Positions 25,738 through 28,217 of a DNA stretch of 28,217 nucleotides are shown piece by piece. Source of the stretch: Thermotogota bacterium (GTDB lineage Bacteria; Bipolaricaulota; Bipolaricaulia; UBA7950; UBA9294). Position 1 is the stretch's first letter. Each line of letters begins with the position of its first letter. The notes under the pieces are model-generated. The model made no database searches. It was not told the origin of the DNA and saw only the letters and a program-made list of their open reading frames with translations. The position numbers were made by a program, and so were the translations under genes. The stretch spans positions 1-28,217 of the forward strand of contig JBDKUT010000045.1 of assembly GCA_039679545.1 (NCBI GenBank). The letters run 5' to 3'.

Positions 25738-25795
25738 GAGATCAGGGACACGTAGCTCACTTTCACGGGACGTGGCAGCTGAGATGCACTTCCCC
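25738..25795. repeat. REP-like palindrome (family B), copy 4 (degenerate)
   Basis: GAGATCAGGGACACGTAGCTCA...GCTGAGATGCACTTCCCC between convergent genes. Confidence 0.6.
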
Positions 25796-26654
25796 TACGG
25801 CAGCTCGGACGGCGCGAAAGTCAGGTTGGTGAGCGCGATGCGCTCTGCGCCGTCGGCCCACAGCGGCGCCAGCTCGAGCCGCGCGTAGCGCGTGAAGTCG
25901 GCCTTGACGTACACGTCGATGATCCCCGCGACGAGGTCACAAGAGACGGAGTAGAGCGTTCCTCCGACCACGTCGGGTGGGGGAACGACGCTCGTGGCCC
26001 GGAGGATCTGCGCGACGCGAGCGACCGTTGGGCTTGCGTCCCACGTGATCATCGTCTTGGCGATGTTGTAGCGGTCGCACGGCCAGCTGCCGAGCGATGG
26101 GTCGTCGAGCCAGAAGTTGGTGACGGCGAATCCGGCGTGGTTCGGAAGACGTCCTGCTTGCCGGTGTAGACCGCGGCGTCTCCGGCGCGGTCGGCGACGA
26201 AGACCTGAACCTCAGGCTCATTCCCGGCGTAGTCTCTCGCCCGGAGGAACGCCAGGGCTTCGGGCACCGTCGCGCACGTGGTCATCATGCCGTGCTCGAT
26301 CGCGGCGCCTTGGCGGCTTCCGCCCGCGGGCAGGTTCCCGGAACCCTGCAGCGGAGCGGGCGTCGAGCGGAGCGGGGCGCTGAACAGGTCGAAGTACAGG
26401 CCGCGGTCGTTGATCCCCTGCATCTCGCGTCACTCGGCGGGGCGGCCTCCGACGCTCGGGAAGCGGAAACCGAAGAAGACGGCGCCGTACGTCGTCTCGG
26501 TCGCCGCCTGCGCCCACACCGCGGCGCTGGTAACGACTGTATCTTCGTTCCCGCCCACGACGACAGCGCCGGCGAGGACGACACCGGTGCACGCCTCGGC
26601 AGCGACGAAGGCCAAAGCGAGAACGAGAAGGGTCACTCCGACGACTCGGCTCAC
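25795..26654 (-). pseudogene. Disrupted secreted Ntn-hydrolase (N-terminal Cys nucleophile; C45/choloylglycine-hydrolase-like)
   Basis: Signal peptide then ACTG...GGNED...; in-frame TGA at 26430-32; QGINDRGLYFD; 1-nt frameshift near 26135; FAVTNF...CDRY...TLYSVSCDL. Confidence 0.75.
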
Positions 26655-26773
26655 GCGTCCTCCTTCTTCCTACGCTCGCTGATTCTACCGGGCGAACGGG
26701 GCGTTGTGCGACGCTTTGGCTCGCGGCGCCGCAGGTGTAGAGTAGCGTCAGGCTTCTTCGATTCTGGGGGTCG

Positions 26774-27787
26774 ATGGTGATGGCACAGTGGTGGATCGTG
26801 CGGTGGTTGGTTCTCGCCTTGGTGGTTGTCGCACCCCTTGCAGAGACGGCATGTGCGGCCGACGCGGCAGCCGGGGCGCCGGTGGGCGAGGTGCTGGCGG
26901 AGATCGCGAGCACCGGGGTCTTCCGCGTGGGGCTGCGCAGCGACGTGCGCCCGTTTGCGTACGTGGACGAGCTGGGCCGGCCGGCGGGGTTCTGCGTGGA
27001 CATGGCGCTCCTGCTCACGGCGAAACTCTCTGAGTACGCAGGGCGGCCGGTGGAGATGGTGGTCGTGTCGATCACCTCGACGAACCGCCTGGACAAGGTG
27101 GCAAGCGGCGAGGCGATGATCGAGATGGGGGCGTCGACCCACAACGCGGTGCGCGACGTGGTCGTCGACTTCAGCCTGCCCTACTTCCTCTCCGAAACGT
27201 CGTTCATGGTCCGTGCGAGCGGCGGGATCGCCAGCCTCGCCGATCTCGCCGGGAAGACCGTGTGCGCGACGAGTGGGACGTCGAACCTGCCGGCGCTCGA
27301 GGCGGCAATGGCCGACGGGCGAGTCCCCGCGGCGGGGATTGAGATCGCCGATTCCCACGAGCAGGGAGTGAAGTGGCTGCGTGACGGGAAGGTCGACGCC
27401 TACTTCACCGACACGGTGCTCCTCCAATCGCTCAGGACATCTTGGCCGAAGCCCGCCGACTTCGTCGTCGTGCAGGACTCCATCCACACGGAACCGTACG
27501 GGTGGATTCTCCCGGAGAACGACTCGGACTGGCGCGACTTCGTCGACAACTTCCTCATCTGGACCCTTGAGGTCTCGTGCGCGGAGCAGGTCTTCCTTCT
27601 CGACGAACTCGGGATCATGAGCGCGTGTCGGGACGGGGCGTGGAGCGCCTTCGACGCGGTCTACGACAAGTGGTTCGGCCCGCTGTCGGCGACGCCGGTC
27701 GCCCGCTCGGCCGAGTTCGACGCCCTGCTCGCGGCGATGCAGTGGCCCGACGTCCTCGAGGTATGGCCGGGAAGCGCGGGGAAGTAG
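26774..27787 (+). CDS. Amino-acid ABC transporter substrate-binding protein (SBP family 3, GltI-like)
   Basis: Signal peptide; RVGLRSDVRPFAY..G...GFCVD, VDFSLPYF, LADLAGKTV, GKVDAYFTD, EPYG. Confidence 0.88.
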   Translation: MVMAQWWIVRWLVLALVVVAPLAETACAADAAAGAPVGEVLAEIASTGVFRVGLRSDVRPFAYVDELGRPAGFCVDMALLLTAKLSEYAGRPVEMVVVSITSTNRLDKVASGEAMIEMGASTHNAVRDVVVDFSLPYFLSETSFMVRASGGIASLADLAGKTVCATSGTSNLPALEAAMADGRVPAAGIEIADSHEQGVKWLRDGKVDAYFTDTVLLQSLRTSWPKPADFVVVQDSIHTEPYGWILPENDSDWRDFVDNFLIWTLEVSCAEQVFLLDELGIMSACRDGAWSAFDAVYDKWFGPLSATPVARSAEFDALLAAMQWPDVLEVWPGSAGK

Positions 27788-27824
27788 GCGCGAGACGTAC
27801 GCCATGCCCAAAGCTGTGGTGGTC

Positions 27825-27872
27825 TTGACATTGTAGGCGTGTGGCCTACAATTGTAGGCACAATGCCTACAA
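27825..27872 (+). promoter_or_regulatory. Promoter with tandem 21-bp operators
   Basis: TTGACA-16-TACAAT; TTGTAGGC-5-GCCTACAA twice (27831-51 and 27852-72). Confidence 0.8.
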
Positions 27873-28217
27873 GCCGCCTCGCTCGGGCGCTGTTCCCGGA
27901 TAGCCGCGCCGCCATCCTGGCGGCGCTCGACGTGGCTGGTGACGAGGGACTTCACCTGCGCGAGGTCGCGCGGAGGACGGCCCTCAACTCGAAGACGGTC
28001 ATGCACGAGCTCCACGCGCTCCGCGACGCGGGGATCCTCGTGTCGCGGGATGTCGGACGTCAGGTCGTCTACCGCCTCAACCCGGGCTGCCCGATTGCCG
28101 AAGAGCTGCGTGCGTTGATCCGGAAGACCGTGGGGCTGGCAGGTATCCTGCAGGCCGCCCTTGAGCCGCTTGCCGATCGCATCGAGCGAGCGTACGTGTA
28201 CGGAAGCCTTGCGCGTG
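27863..28217 (+). CDS. Second wHTH-MNT antitoxin, 3'-truncated by the window (absent from the ORF track)
   Basis: MPTSRLARALFPDSRAAIL...LHLREVARRT...VYRLNPGCPIAEELRALIRKTVGLAGILQAALEPLADRIERAYVYGSLAR; paralog of 24714-25322. Confidence 0.85.
   Translation, partial: MPTSRLARALFPDSRAAILAALDVAGDEGLHLREVARRTALNSKTVMHELHALRDAGILVSRDVGRQVVYRLNPGCPIAEELRALIRKTVGLAGILQAALEPLADRIERAYVYGSLAR

Noticed and set aside
535..25795. Classical integron attC sites between cassettes
   Set aside because: No consistent RYYYAAC...GTTRRRY boundaries found by eye, genes occur in both orientations, and there is no intI; IntegronFinder would settle it
26430..26432. Selenocysteine or read-through at the in-frame TGA
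   Set aside because: It is not at the catalytic Cys and the gene also carries a frameshift

Overview
GC-rich bacterial window that reads as a defence and accessory hotspot downstream of a recQ 3' end. The centre (9.0-19.0 kb) is a co-oriented, repeat-free defence block: type I R-M hsdR-hsdS, a small HEPN-motif (RNxxxH) ORF nested between hsdS and hsdM, hsdM, an unknown ORF with a C-terminal hydrophobic hairpin, an Mrr-type endonuclease, and a nucleoside-deoxyribosyltransferase/TIR-like domain fused to a phosphoribosyltransferase. Both flanks are packed with toxin-antitoxin modules: two RHH/RelE pairs, HicBA, two AbrB/MazF pairs, HigBA, a pseudogenised killer with intact antidote, MNT-HEPN, a second MNT truncated by the window end, and a Fic gene. 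These are interleaved with ordinary secreted or metabolic genes. The spacers are highly structured. Left of the R-M block are period-7 and period-9 tracts and a family of fixed-length (about 30 nt) covarying hairpins. Right of it are a different REP-like palindrome and displaced copies of a gene 3' end. Most TA modules are bracketed by diverged direct repeats, yet no integrase or transposase is encoded in the window. All protein calls come from motif recognition by eye; no database search was run.
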